A stretch of DNA of 64,000 nt from a virus. The position numbers were made by a program, and so were the translations under genes. Below are positions 9,017-16,886 of this stretch, one piece after another (the stretch's first letter is position 1; each line of letters starts with the position of its first letter). Under the pieces are notes generated by a model. The model saw only the letters and a program-made list of their open reading frames with translations, did not search any database and was not told the DNA's origin. The stretch is taken from positions 1 to 64,000 of the IMG/VR virus record IMGVR_UViG_3300002092_001548; one strand, given 5' to 3'.

Positions 9017-9101
9017 ACTAGTTGGTGATAGTGGTAGGGTTGATCATCTTATAATAATAATTAAAATTGACTACTAGCACAAGAAGTATTTCTAGTATAC
9101 A

Positions 9102-9146
9102 TAAACTATTGACTATTAGAGGGTTACGGCGCCGGGCCCCGCCGGG
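9102..9146 (-). repeat. intergenic element copy R5
   Basis: TAAACTATTGACTATTAGAGGGTTA + CGGCGCCGGGCCCCGCCGGG. Confidence 0.9.
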
Positions 9147-9356
9147 TTAGAATGCGAATGTTTGCGAATGTTTCAATGGCTCGACCTTGTATCGAAAGGA
9201 AGGCTCAGGATTTGGATGCTTAAAAAATAAAGCCCAAATAGAAATCACTAGACAAAACCATATAAAAAAGTTTCCGATTAGCGCGTAGACAATAGGATTG
9301 AGTTTCATTTCTAGGGTTTTTTGAAAATACGTTTTTGAAAGTTCTAAATTTTTCAT
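9147..9356 (-). CDS. small membrane protein
   Basis: one hydrophobic segment IVYALIGNFFIWFCLVISIWALFF; start may be 9308. Confidence 0.5.
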   Translation of the reverse strand: MKNLELSKTYFQKTLEMKLNPIVYALIGNFFIWFCLVISIWALFFKHPNPEPSFRYKVEPLKHSQTFAF

Positions 9357-9358
9357 TT

Positions 9359-9526
9359 TTAGAGTTCCGTATACAGCTTGTATTCGATCTCATGCAAACG
9401 ATCCGTGCGTTGCATTGTTGCAAGCCAACTCTCATGAGTGCAGTTAAGAATCGACATCAATAAGAGGGAGGGTTTACGGATTTCGTATCCAAATAGCTTT
9501 AATAAAAGTGTTATAGGATCTCTCAT
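9359..9526 (-). CDS. small hypothetical protein
   Basis: ATG 9526 lies 7 nt after TTGACA-17-TACCAT. Confidence 0.55.
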   Translation of the reverse strand: MRDPITLLLKLFGYEIRKPSLLLMSILNCTHESWLATMQRTDRLHEIEYKLYTEL

Positions 9527-9568
9527 GGCTTTTATGGTATGGGTTTTTGTTTGGGTTGTCAACTAAAA

Positions 9569-9710
9569 TGGAGCACAGAGTGAGATTTGAACTCACCAAA
9601 AAAGGTCGGAGAAGGATCAGGTCGCTAGTGTCCGATGCCGCCCCCCTAGTGAACTAGCGTTAGCCTCTCGACGCACCCCCTCATTGCCTTCCCCGATTAA
9701 TTTTCCGTGC
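9569..9710 (-). ncRNA. tRNA-like structured RNA (acceptor stem + T-arm + CCA, non-tRNA body), 142 nt
   Basis: 5' GCACGGA pairs with TCTGTGC-T-CCA; T-arm GTGAG-TTCAAAT-CTCAC; inner helices TCGGGGAAGG/CCTTCTCCGA and CGCTAGT/ACTAGCG; no D or anticodon arm. Confidence 0.7.
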
Positions 9711-9978
9711 AAAATGGAATCCGGAGGGGAAGAGTCCTCCGGACTTTGGGTTTTACTTCCTACATTTTATAAAATTGTCCCTGCCACTCCGTCGAGTGCT
9801 ACCCCCTACATGATCTTATTCATCATAGAGGTTGGTGACTGCACGATACGATTGCAGAACACACAGGGTTTTTGCTCTCTGCCTTTTGCTCCGACTTGAG
9901 ACGGACAACCTTTCGATTGGTAGCATTACAAAGATCGTCCTAGTTGTGTTAGACACTGCTAGGTCAGTGCTTATTCTT

Positions 9979-10007
9979 ATAGTACTACTCTTTGCCAGTC
10001 GGGTCAA
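9979..10007 (-). promoter_or_regulatory. sigma70-type promoter firing into a ~400-nt non-coding region
   Basis: TTGACC-17-TACTAT with no adjacent ATG. Confidence 0.6.
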
Positions 10008-10233
10008 CATTTATTTCTGGAAAAGTTTGCACATCGAAATAACAGAGTAGTTCAATCAGCTTATCCAACGCTACCTCTAGCCCCTTAACCGAATCAAAAT
10101 CTTCAGTGTTTTTAATTTCATCTACTAAATAACTTTCAAGGTTAACGCATACTGCGCGCCACCTCCCTGCGTTACAGGCATCACGAAACCGTACAGAATC
10201 TTTTGGTAAATTAAAGTGGAGGGTCGCATCCAT
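9985..10233 (-). CDS. hypothetical phage protein (similar to 23277-23498)
   Basis: MDATLHFNLP..NAGRWRAVC versus MKATLEFDLP..NGAHWKGVC. Confidence 0.65.
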   Translation of the reverse strand: MDATLHFNLPKDSVRFRDACNAGRWRAVCVNLESYLVDEIKNTEDFDSVKGLEVALDKLIELLCYFDVQTFPEINVDPTGKE

Positions 10234-10402
10234 CCCTATAATCGGTATTTACTAACGCCAAATCCAATAAATAGCTCGTATTAGCTAACCCGATATTCAC
10301 TAAATAGAGAACCCTTAAATAGGTGTTCCCCCTTACATCATTATCCTAATATCATTTCACCCATACTAACTAGATGAATTGATTGGATTTTGATCATATA
10401 TA

Positions 10403-10431
10403 AGTATAACACTTTTTGTGCGGCTTGTCAA
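10403..10431 (-). promoter_or_regulatory. near-consensus sigma70 promoter
   Basis: TTGACA-17-TATACT directly beside R6. Confidence 0.7.
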
Positions 10432-10438
10432 GCCCAGT

Positions 10439-10483
10439 TAAAGCGTTGAGTATCAAGCACTTACAGCGCCGGGCCCCGCCCGG
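10439..10483 (-). repeat. intergenic element copy R6 (last copy in leftward polarity)
   Basis: TAAAGCGTTGAGTATCAAGCACTTA + CAGCGCCGGGCCCCGCCCGG. Confidence 0.92.
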
Positions 10484-10513
10484 TCTGCAATGTAGGACAA
10501 GTGTCTTACCGCG

Positions 10514-10714
10514 TCACTCGTCGCCCCCTATGTGCTTCTCCCACTCCTCGTCGGTGATGCCCGTCTTGAAAAACTCGCGCTCCCCAGCGTTAAGGTTGGG
10601 GAATGCGTTCTGAAGTAACGCGCCCCGCGAGTAGGCCGCTACCTCTCCAGCGGTAATGTTGAGGTCGAGGGTGCGGGTGATGCCCGTGAAGGGCGAGGTG
10701 CGTGTTACGAGCAT
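10514..10714 (-). CDS. small hypothetical phage protein
   Basis: MLVTRTSPFTG..LLQNAFPNLNAGEREFFKTGITDEEW; ATG at 10714 after an AC-rich leader. Confidence 0.75.
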   Translation of the reverse strand: MLVTRTSPFTGITRTLDLNITAGEVAAYSRGALLQNAFPNLNAGEREFFKTGITDEEWEKHIGGDE

Positions 10715-10849
10715 AGTGTTATTGTGGTTGAGGTTGAGGTAAAAGTAAAGAAAAAAATACATTTCTTTGTCATGGATACAGCATAGCAAACTCTCACCAA
10801 ACCACAAGAAAAACTTTGCATGAATAAAAATTAATTTTAAGAAAAAAGC

Positions 10850-10878
10850 TTGACATACCACTTGTATTACAGTATACT
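10850..10878 (+). promoter_or_regulatory. near-consensus sigma70 promoter pointing into R7
   Basis: A-tract + TTGACA-17-TATACT, antisense to surrounding genes. Confidence 0.65.
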
Positions 10879-10879
10879 A

Positions 10880-10924
10880 CCGGGCGGGGCCCGGCGCCAT
10901 AAGCCGTTGACTATAAGCAACTTA
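10880..10924 (+). repeat. intergenic element copy R7 (first copy in rightward polarity)
   Basis: CCGGGCGGGGCCCGGCGCCA + TAAGCCGTTGACTATAAGCAACTTA. Confidence 0.92.
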
Positions 10925-10947
10925 CACAAACCAGAATCGTGTCAAGC

Positions 10948-10978
10948 AAAAACCTCGCCCCATGTTAGTAGGGCGAGG
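10948..10978 (-). terminator. intrinsic terminator after DUF932 gene
   Basis: CCTCGCCC..GGGCGAGG hairpin with A-run. Confidence 0.6.
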
Positions 10979-10996
10979 CTGATGTTAGGCGGGATG

Positions 10997-11785
10997 TTAG
11001 GCCGAAACGAGAACCGCATCCTGCGCCTCTACGACCTGTTGAGCCGCGATCCCTGCGAGAGGGTCGAGGAGGGCGTGAAGTGCGTCCGAGCGACGAGGGA
11101 GTGCCATCGCGTTACCGCGCAAGACATTCGTGAAGGCATTGTGAAGCCCCCAGAGGTTGCGCTCGGAACCCCAGACAGCGTGTTCGGGATCGTGCCATTG
11201 CTGGACAACATCCGCAAGCGCAGTCTTGGAAACCGCGCCGCAACGATAGGCGCGAACGATCACATCGTGCGCTTCCTTATCGCAAAGCTCGCGGCCTTGG
11301 TAGGCATCGACACGCTTCGCGTGATTGCCCCATGCAGAGGTGAGTTGACCGAACGCACCAGAGAGGAGCATCGGGAGATCACGAAGGATGAACTTCGTAT
11401 GACGACGAGCGATCTTGACCTCATTGTGGAAGGCGAGGTTATCGCACACGAAAGGCGCGGAGCCAGCGTTGATACCAGCAGGGAACGACTTGTCGTGCGA
11501 GTTACGCAAGCCGATAATCGTGCCGACACTCTCCGCAAGGGAGAAGTTGGGAACGCCAGAGACTTGGAAAAGTCCGAAGTAGCGTTGACCATCGCGAGCC
11601 AGAGCGTGACGCTCCTGCACGATTTCCATGCCAGAATCAGCGACGATACCACGCAAGCCTTCGATGAGGCGAGAATGCGGGATCGGATGCCATGACTCCG
11701 TTGCGTTAGGGGTGATGCTGTTGGTGATCTGCTCGGTCGTGACTTCGTGACCGCCGCAGTGTAGTGTTAGGTTTAGTGCTTTCAT
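10997..11785 (-). CDS. DUF932-family phage/plasmid protein
   Basis: IGLRNSHDKS..AG..FVCDNLAF..RRHT and NLWGLHNAFT motifs. Confidence 0.8.
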   Translation of the reverse strand: MKALNLTLHCGGHEVTTEQITNSITPNATESWHPIPHSRLIEGLRGIVADSGMEIVQERHALARDGQRYFGLFQVSGVPNFSLAESVGTIIGLRNSHDKSFPAGINAGSAPFVCDNLAFHNEVKIARRHTKFILRDLPMLLSGAFGQLTSAWGNHAKRVDAYQGRELCDKEAHDVIVRAYRCGAVSKTALADVVQQWHDPEHAVWGSERNLWGLHNAFTNVLRGNAMALPRRSDALHALLDPLAGIAAQQVVEAQDAVLVSA

Positions 11786-11867
11786 TAGGAGATCATCATC
11801 CGATTTTTTGTGCGGTAGGGCAACAACTATTTTGATTATTTTGTGTTTTTATTTTGGACGATTTTTG

Positions 11868-12025
11868 TTGACAGCCCATAGAGCCAGTGTTTATGCGGGT
11901 TCGCGGGCATATCAATCTGCAGGGGGGTAGCAGGCGCTAGAGCTAGTGTTTATGCGCCTCCGCGAGGGGGTGCCGACCCGCCGGGCGGGGCCGGGCGCCG
12001 TAACCCGTTGATATTCAGCGAGTTA
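11868..12025 (+). repeat. long intergenic element copy R8
   Basis: TTGACA, box B1 at 11879, box B2 at 11938, GC core, box A TAACCCGTTGATATTCAGCGAGTTA at 12001. Confidence 0.92.
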
Positions 12026-12063
12026 CAGCGAGACGGTTGGGGATGTTATATTAGCGCATGTTT

Positions 12064-12129
12064 TTAGTGTTTTTTGGTTTGGTTAACGTACAGGAGTAAG
12101 GCGACAAAAAGCATCATCAAAAAGATCAT
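12064..12129 (-). CDS. 21-aa hydrophobic micropeptide
   Basis: MIFLMMLFVALLLYVNQTKKH directly after the GP88 gene. Confidence 0.35.
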   Translation of the reverse strand: MIFLMMLFVALLLYVNQTKKH

Positions 12130-12143
12130 GATTTCCGGTTATG

Positions 12144-12827
12144 TTAGTTGGGTTGTAAGACAAAGCCCGATGCGTCTTTCTTTCCCTTGCCCTTGGCAAC
12201 GAGTCCGACAACAACGCCTTTCGCATCAAGAAACCTTGTGTCACTTTCGTCGCCGTTAATCACGGGACGGCCAAGGTAAGTTTCGGGAAGCGTGTCAGCG
12301 AATACCGCCGCAATGTTTCCGCCCATCTTCGCAATCAGTTCCGTTATTGGCTGATTGCTCTCTTTGCGTGAGAAAGTCAAGTGGTAGTTGGCAGGAAGCT
12401 CACCACGCAGGAACGCAATCATTCTGTGAGGGTTCGGCGTGTAATCGTAAAACATAACACCCTCATATTTTTCCATGTCGATCAGATTTTCCCAAGGAAG
12501 ATCAGAAAGAACATTTAGACGGACGGCAAGACGCATTCCGTCTTTTTTTGCTTTGCGGATTCCTGCGGCAAGATCCTTCTCTAATTGCATGAGAAAATTA
12601 GTGCGGTCTTGAATGAAGAAGTGTGACTTCTTGAGACGACCAGCTTGGACATTCGGAAAAACTCCCATGCCTGAAGTGTTAAGGCAAGCCTCACGACATC
12701 CGACCGATGAGTGAGAGCAAAAGTTTTTTCCCGATAGGTTAGAAGGAGAGAGAGACAAGCCAAGCGTGAGCCAGCCGAGTTTTTCGCCTTTTTTGATTTT
12801 CGTATTGTTGGATGATAGGAGTTTCAT
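12144..12827 (-). CDS. GP88-family phage protein
   Basis: C..SSVGC..ACL, VRLNVLSDLPWE, FYDYT, NYHLTFS, INGDESDTRFLD, VVGLVAKG. Confidence 0.75.
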   Translation of the reverse strand: MKLLSSNNTKIKKGEKLGWLTLGLSLSPSNLSGKNFCSHSSVGCREACLNTSGMGVFPNVQAGRLKKSHFFIQDRTNFLMQLEKDLAAGIRKAKKDGMRLAVRLNVLSDLPWENLIDMEKYEGVMFYDYTPNPHRMIAFLRGELPANYHLTFSRKESNQPITELIAKMGGNIAAVFADTLPETYLGRPVINGDESDTRFLDAKGVVVGLVAKGKGKKDASGFVLQPN

Positions 12828-12881
12828 GGTTTTAAGAGTATGGGTTTTTTCTAGTGAGTTGTAAAGAGTTTTTTTTAATTT

Positions 12882-13358
12882 TTATTCATTGTTGCACCAG
12901 TCAGATTGACCTTCACGGATTGCGTGTCCTGCTGGCTCCTTGTCAATCGCCCATCCCATGAAATTTTCCCTTGGAATAGAGTTGAGTGTGTCAACGGCAG
13001 CTTGCCGAGCATCTAGCATGAACTTGTCCTGCATTTTCTTATACTGCTTTGAAATTGGAGAGTCTTGCCATAGACGCACATTCTCCCATGTAAGACCACG
13101 AATGATATCCTCCGAAGTTGTCAGGAAGTAGGCGAAGCCGTCACCGATATAATGAAGGAAGCCATCTCCGAGAGTCTTTCCCGAAGTTGTCCATCCTCCC
13201 TCATCGTCAAGATTCCTTGTGACATTTGAACCAGCAACGCCGATATTGAACCAACGATTGAATTGACGCTCAATCTGTTCCCCTGTTCCCGATAGTCCGA
13301 AGGCGAGACCATTTCCATACGAGCTAATGACTTCTGTTCCGAGTGTGTTTTGTTTCAT
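12882..13358 (-). CDS. hypothetical protein
   Basis: 158-aa ORF; TTCCAT-17-TAGTCT 6 nt upstream of the ATG. Confidence 0.7.
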   Translation of the reverse strand: MKQNTLGTEVISSYGNGLAFGLSGTGEQIERQFNRWFNIGVAGSNVTRNLDDEGGWTTSGKTLGDGFLHYIGDGFAYFLTTSEDIIRGLTWENVRLWQDSPISKQYKKMQDKFMLDARQAAVDTLNSIPRENFMGWAIDKEPAGHAIREGQSDWCNNE

Positions 13359-13436
13359 AGGGAAAGACTATGCCGAGAGAGCAAAGAATGGAAGAACTTT
13401 TTTTCTTTTTGCCAAAGTTTTTTTATGAAGAATCTC

Positions 13437-13592
13437 TTGACACCCGCCGAGCCAGTGTTTATGCGGCTTCGCGGCCTATTCATCCGCAGGGTGGGGGGTA
13501 GCGCTAGAGCTAGTATTCATCGGCCTCCGACGATGTATGACAAGCGGCCGGGCGGGGCCGGGCGCCGTAAGTCGTTGATTATCAGTTACTTA
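13437..13592 (+). repeat. long intergenic element copy R9
   Basis: TTGACA, B1 13447, B2 13505, GC core, box A TAAGTCGTTGATTATCAGTTACTTA 13568. Confidence 0.95.
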
Positions 13593-14033
13593 GAACGAAT
13601 GGCGATTTTTATACACATCAGCCGAGGATGTTAGCTTCGGGTTTAACATTAAGTATGCCTCTTCTAGCCTCTGGAGTGGACGATTTAATGTTGGGTATGA
13701 TTCACAAATTGTTCCGTTTATGATAGCAAAAGCGTGTTTATTTGTTGCAACATAGTAGTGACCAGTTGGATGAAGTTTAATGAACTTCTGAATTGTTATA
13801 CTTTTATGACGAGTTTTTCTGTATGTTATTCCATATTTTTTTCTTGCATAGGGCAGGAGCAGTCGTGGGTGATGTCCTCGTCCATGTTTCCTTCCCGATT
13901 CTGTCCCCATCTTGTGGGCTTCCTCATAAGGGATGCCAGCACTAGTCGCCAGAGCTTTGATGGTGCAATCATTGTAGTCCTCAATTCCAGAACTCGCTTT
14001 TCCTCCATCAGTTGTTCGTGTTTTTAATTGCAT
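13590..14033 (-). CDS. hypothetical phage protein (NDC..A motif)
   Basis: NDCTIKALATSAGIPYEEAH..HAFAIING; conserved-looking Cys and His, possible papain-like fold (inference). Confidence 0.65.
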   Translation of the reverse strand: MQLKTRTTDGGKASSGIEDYNDCTIKALATSAGIPYEEAHKMGTESGRKHGRGHHPRLLLPYARKKYGITYRKTRHKSITIQKFIKLHPTGHYYVATNKHAFAIINGTICESYPTLNRPLQRLEEAYLMLNPKLTSSADVYKNRHSF

Positions 14034-14147
14034 GAAAATTTTTGTGTGCTGTCAGGGTGTTGCCTCCTCTAGTGTTTCACGACATCCAGTTAACAAGAGC
14101 GTCCTATGTAGTCGAGACGCTGACGAGGGCTTTTGTCAGGTAATCAA

Positions 14148-14423
14148 TCAGACCAACTCGAACTTGTTGATCCTATCCAGCCGAAACCTGCGGATGTCAT
14201 CTACGGCGGGCACATAACAAGTGATACCTTGACCGCCACGCTCCTTGTAATCGAACTTTCCAAAAGGACGGAAAATCTTATACTCCTTGGGGCTGAATGC
14301 GTTCGACTCTGCCGAGTAGGTGATGGAGTAAGTCCTGCCGCCGATCTTATACATCGTGCGATAGTAAGCGGTAAGGAACTTGCTCTTTAGTTTCTTGATC
14401 TTGTTTTTCATGGTGTTCTTCAT
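14148..14423 (-). CDS. small protein with WYL-like C-terminal motif
   Basis: DIRRFRLDRI resembles the WYL R.FRLDRI motif; TTGACA-17-GAAACT-6-ATG. Confidence 0.55.
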   Translation of the reverse strand: MKNTMKNKIKKLKSKFLTAYYRTMYKIGGRTYSITYSAESNAFSPKEYKIFRPFGKFDYKERGGQGITCYVPAVDDIRRFRLDRINKFELV

Positions 14424-14454
14424 ATTTCTAGTTTCTGTTTTTTTGGGTTTGTTG

Positions 14455-14664
14455 TCAATAATTTATTTGGATTGTTTTTGCGGCTCTGTATGCCGTGATC
14501 ATCTCACCGATATACTTGCGACGACCTTTTGAGAAAGAACTTGTCACGCCCCAATACTTGTTTGTTTTCTTGTAGTCACTTATCTCTTTGCGAATTGCGA
14601 TGATTAGGTAAGAACGGATATTGCAGACATTTTTGAAATCAAGTGAGGGGGTTTTGTTTTTCAT
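14455..14664 (-). CDS. hypothetical protein, paralog of 17149-17358
   Basis: shares NVCNIR, WGVTS, IGEM and AYRAAK. Confidence 0.75.
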   Translation of the reverse strand: MKNKTPSLDFKNVCNIRSYLIIAIRKEISDYKKTNKYWGVTSSFSKGRRKYIGEMITAYRAAKTIQINY

Positions 14665-14707
14665 AGTTTTAATTTATAGGGTTAGAGATGGATTGTCGAG
14701 AATTATT

Positions 14708-14926
14708 TTAGAAGAAAAATTCGTTGGCTAACTCGTTGACCAACTCGCCTTGCTCTTCTGTCAGTTGGGCAAGCTCTTCATCATTAAGAGCCGTTCCATC
14801 GTTCATCCATTGGGCTTCCCCAATCTGTGCGTCAGAGAAGTCTGGATAATCAGACCTGTCTACATTTTCGATATTGATCGAACGAGGATCAACCTCTCGT
14901 CCGTTAAGTGTTACTTGATTTTTCAT
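14708..14926 (-). CDS. small acidic hypothetical protein
   Basis: DYPDFSDA motif; TTGAGT-17-TATACT-6-ATG. Confidence 0.7.
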   Translation of the reverse strand: MKNQVTLNGREVDPRSINIENVDRSDYPDFSDAQIGEAQWMNDGTALNDEELAQLTEEQGELVNELANEFFF

Positions 14927-15012
14927 ACGATCAGTATATGCAACATCTCAAAAAAACTCAACAACAATCGCAAAAAACTTTTGTAGTATTAAAATTATTT
15001 TTACAGAAAAGC

Positions 15013-15169
15013 TTGACAGCCCGCCGAGCTAGTATTGGTGCGGCTCCGAGGCATATTCATCTGTGGGCTATAGGGTGCCGCTACAGCTAGTGTTTATGCG
15101 CCTCCGACGATGTATGACAAGCGGCCGGGCGGGGCCGGACGCTGTAAGTTGTTGATACAGAGCCACTTG
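15013..15169 (+). repeat. long intergenic element copy R10
   Basis: TTGACA, B1 15024, B2 15082, GC core, box A 15145. Confidence 0.92.
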
Positions 15170-15171
15170 CG

Positions 15172-15435
15172 TTAATCAATCATCTTTGTGATAAAAATTG
15201 GAGTATTTTCCCCCATGTAAGCACCAGAGATGTTAAATTCAAAGTATTCCCATGCCTCTTCCCTGTCCATTCCTTGGGACATTAGCTTGGTGATCACCTT
15301 GTCCGTATCGTAAACGATAAGGGATTGTCGGTTGGGTTGTGGGGCAGAGAAACCGATAATGCAGTCGTCAAAGCCGTCGGCCTTGAGTGCCTCGTCTCCA
15401 ACACATTCTAGAAGGTCTTCAAGTATAGTAGTCAT
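15172..15435 (-). CDS. hypothetical phage protein
   Basis: KADGFDDCIIG..GMDREEAWEYFEFNISGAYMGENTPIF, a pattern typical of small phage proteins. Confidence 0.75.
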   Translation of the reverse strand: MTTILEDLLECVGDEALKADGFDDCIIGFSAPQPNRQSLIVYDTDKVITKLMSQGMDREEAWEYFEFNISGAYMGENTPIFITKMID

Positions 15436-15662
15436 TATTTTTTATTATTAAAATTATCAGCGTAGTCTTGGAAGGAAATCTGACCAGTAAGGAAAGATCC
15501 TATGATGAGGGCATCATTATAGTTGTAGCCCATACCCATAGCATCTTCAATGAAGGCTTGAAGTGTAAACAGGGTAGCGTCCTCCTGTGCCCTTGTGAGA
15601 TTGCCATTAAGTAGGCTTTCGATTATGCTACTAGGGGAGATGTTGCGAAAGGTGATAGTCAT
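15435..15662 (-). CDS. hypothetical protein
   Basis: 75 aa, TAATG-coupled to both neighbours. Confidence 0.65.
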   Translation of the reverse strand: MTITFRNISPSSIIESLLNGNLTRAQEDATLFTLQAFIEDAMGMGYNYNDALIIGSFLTGQISFQDYADNFNNKK

Positions 15663-15874
15663 TAGTCTTTTTTAGTTGTGGTTGTTTTGAAAAGGAAGGA
15701 ACAGAGAACACTTAATCCCCACCCCTGAAGGTAGGTGATCGTTCCCAGTCCAAAGATTGTAGGGGCAAGCCAATTCCAGAGCAACATAATGAAGAGACCA
15801 TTAAGTAGGGCAAAAAGTGCGATAACGGCAATGACTCCGAGAGTGTAAGCAACTGGTTTAAGGATTTTGTTCAT
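15662..15874 (-). CDS. small membrane protein
   Basis: two hydrophobic segments, LWNWLAP..ITYLQGWGL; TTGGCA-17-TACTAT-6-ATG. Confidence 0.7.
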   Translation of the reverse strand: MNKILKPVAYTLGVIAVIALFALLNGLFIMLLWNWLAPTIFGLGTITYLQGWGLSVLCSFLFKTTTTKKD

Positions 15875-15895
15875 AGTGGTATAGTATAAGATTTT

Positions 15896-16162
15896 TTATT
15901 TGATGCCAAGCTTTTTCAGCTTTGCCCCGAAAGCTTCGTCTGACTTTTGCTGATAGATTTCGGGATCTTGAAAAGGAGCCTGTGCAAAGGAAACATCATT
16001 CCAATGGAAGGAAGGAACGCCCCAAGAGTTAGCTTCGTAGGATGCGGCACTATGGACAACGGCGAGGTGTTGCCAGTATAGAGAGGTGAGACAAGAGTCG
16101 ATAACGCAGAACGCTAGGGCGACGATTGAGATGATGCCGAGCTGTTTTAGTTTTGTTTTCAT
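15896..16162 (-). CDS. N-terminally anchored hypothetical protein
   Basis: 88 aa, hydrophobic N-terminus, TTGACA promoter with AC-rich leader. Confidence 0.6.
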   Translation of the reverse strand: MKTKLKQLGIISIVALAFCVIDSCLTSLYWQHLAVVHSAASYEANSWGVPSFHWNDVSFAQAPFQDPEIYQQKSDEAFGAKLKKLGIK

Positions 16163-16205
16163 GGTTTTTTGGTGTTGTTGGTTATGGGTTAATTAAAAAG
16201 AATTT

Positions 16206-16346
16206 TTAGTGAGTTGTCAACCACTCATTCGGGTTTCCATGCTCTTTGACGAGAGCTTCGATCTCATCCATCCAAGCCTCGTATTCAGAGGCGTAAGCGG
16301 CAAGGTCTTCAGCGGCGATTTCTTTAGGGTTAAGTAGTAGTTCCAT
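16206..16346 (-). CDS. small acidic hypothetical protein
   Basis: MELLLNPKEI..; TTGCAC-16-TATTCT-6-ATG. Confidence 0.6.
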   Translation of the reverse strand: MELLLNPKEIAAEDLAAYASEYEAWMDEIEALVKEHGNPNEWLTTH

Positions 16347-16422
16347 GATTAGAGAATACCATAAAAAGAGTTTTGTGCAATAATTATTTATAAAAAAGTT
16401 TCGACCGGATGGGAGAAATCGC

Positions 16423-16578
16423 TTGACAGCCACAGAGCCAGTACCAGTGCGGCTCGGAGGCATATTCGTCTGTGGGGTATGGGGCGGCGCTAGAGGCTGA
16501 TAGAATGGGCTTCTGCGAGGGGCGACCGGACGGCCGGGCGGGGCCGGGCGCTGTAAGTCGTTGATATTGAGGGCTTTA
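16423..16578 (+). repeat. long intergenic element copy R11 (diverged)
   Basis: TTGACA, B1 16433, B2 16491, GC core, box A 16554. Confidence 0.9.
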
Positions 16579-16804
16579 TGACAGGAGTTCTCTTTTAATG
16601 CCAGCGATATAAAATCTCCAAGATTTTGGGTTGCGAATTAAACAATTTAAGTGAAGTGAGATCCTAGTCATGCTCATGATGTTTAGTGGTGCGTTTGTAT
16701 ATCTTTTTTGAGGGAATTAACTTCTGAAGTGGGGCAAAGGGCTGTCTGGCCTTAATGTCTTTTAATTGAATTAAAAATCGTTTTGTTTTCATGTGATTTT
16801 GATT

Positions 16805-16880
16805 TGGCGGAAGTGACGGGACTCGAACCCGTAGCCTTTAGCTTGACAAGCTATTGCTCTGACCATTGAGCTACACTTCC
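16805..16880 (-). tRNA. tRNA-Asp(GTC), CCA encoded
   Basis: GGAAGTG/CACTTCC-G-CCA, anticodon loop TTGTCAA, GGTTCGAGTCC. Confidence 0.92.
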
Positions 16881-16886
16881 AAAATT

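Noticed and set aside
9569-9830. tmRNA (one- or two-piece)
   Set aside because: The acceptor stem closes within 142 nt, lacks G3-U70 and the ACCA end, and no tag reading frame is evident.
10850-11695. 281-aa plus-strand ORF (likewise 2136-2870 and the short ORFs opposite rIIA)
   Set aside because: Antisense shadows of genes with recognisable motifs (DUF932, rIIB, rIIA); they run through repeat elements or promoters.
13350-13634. ORFs spanning the long repeat elements (also 14908-15090 and the 5' extension of 16206-16463)
   Set aside because: Reading frames are not preserved between repeat copies; chance ORFs in GC-rich repeats.
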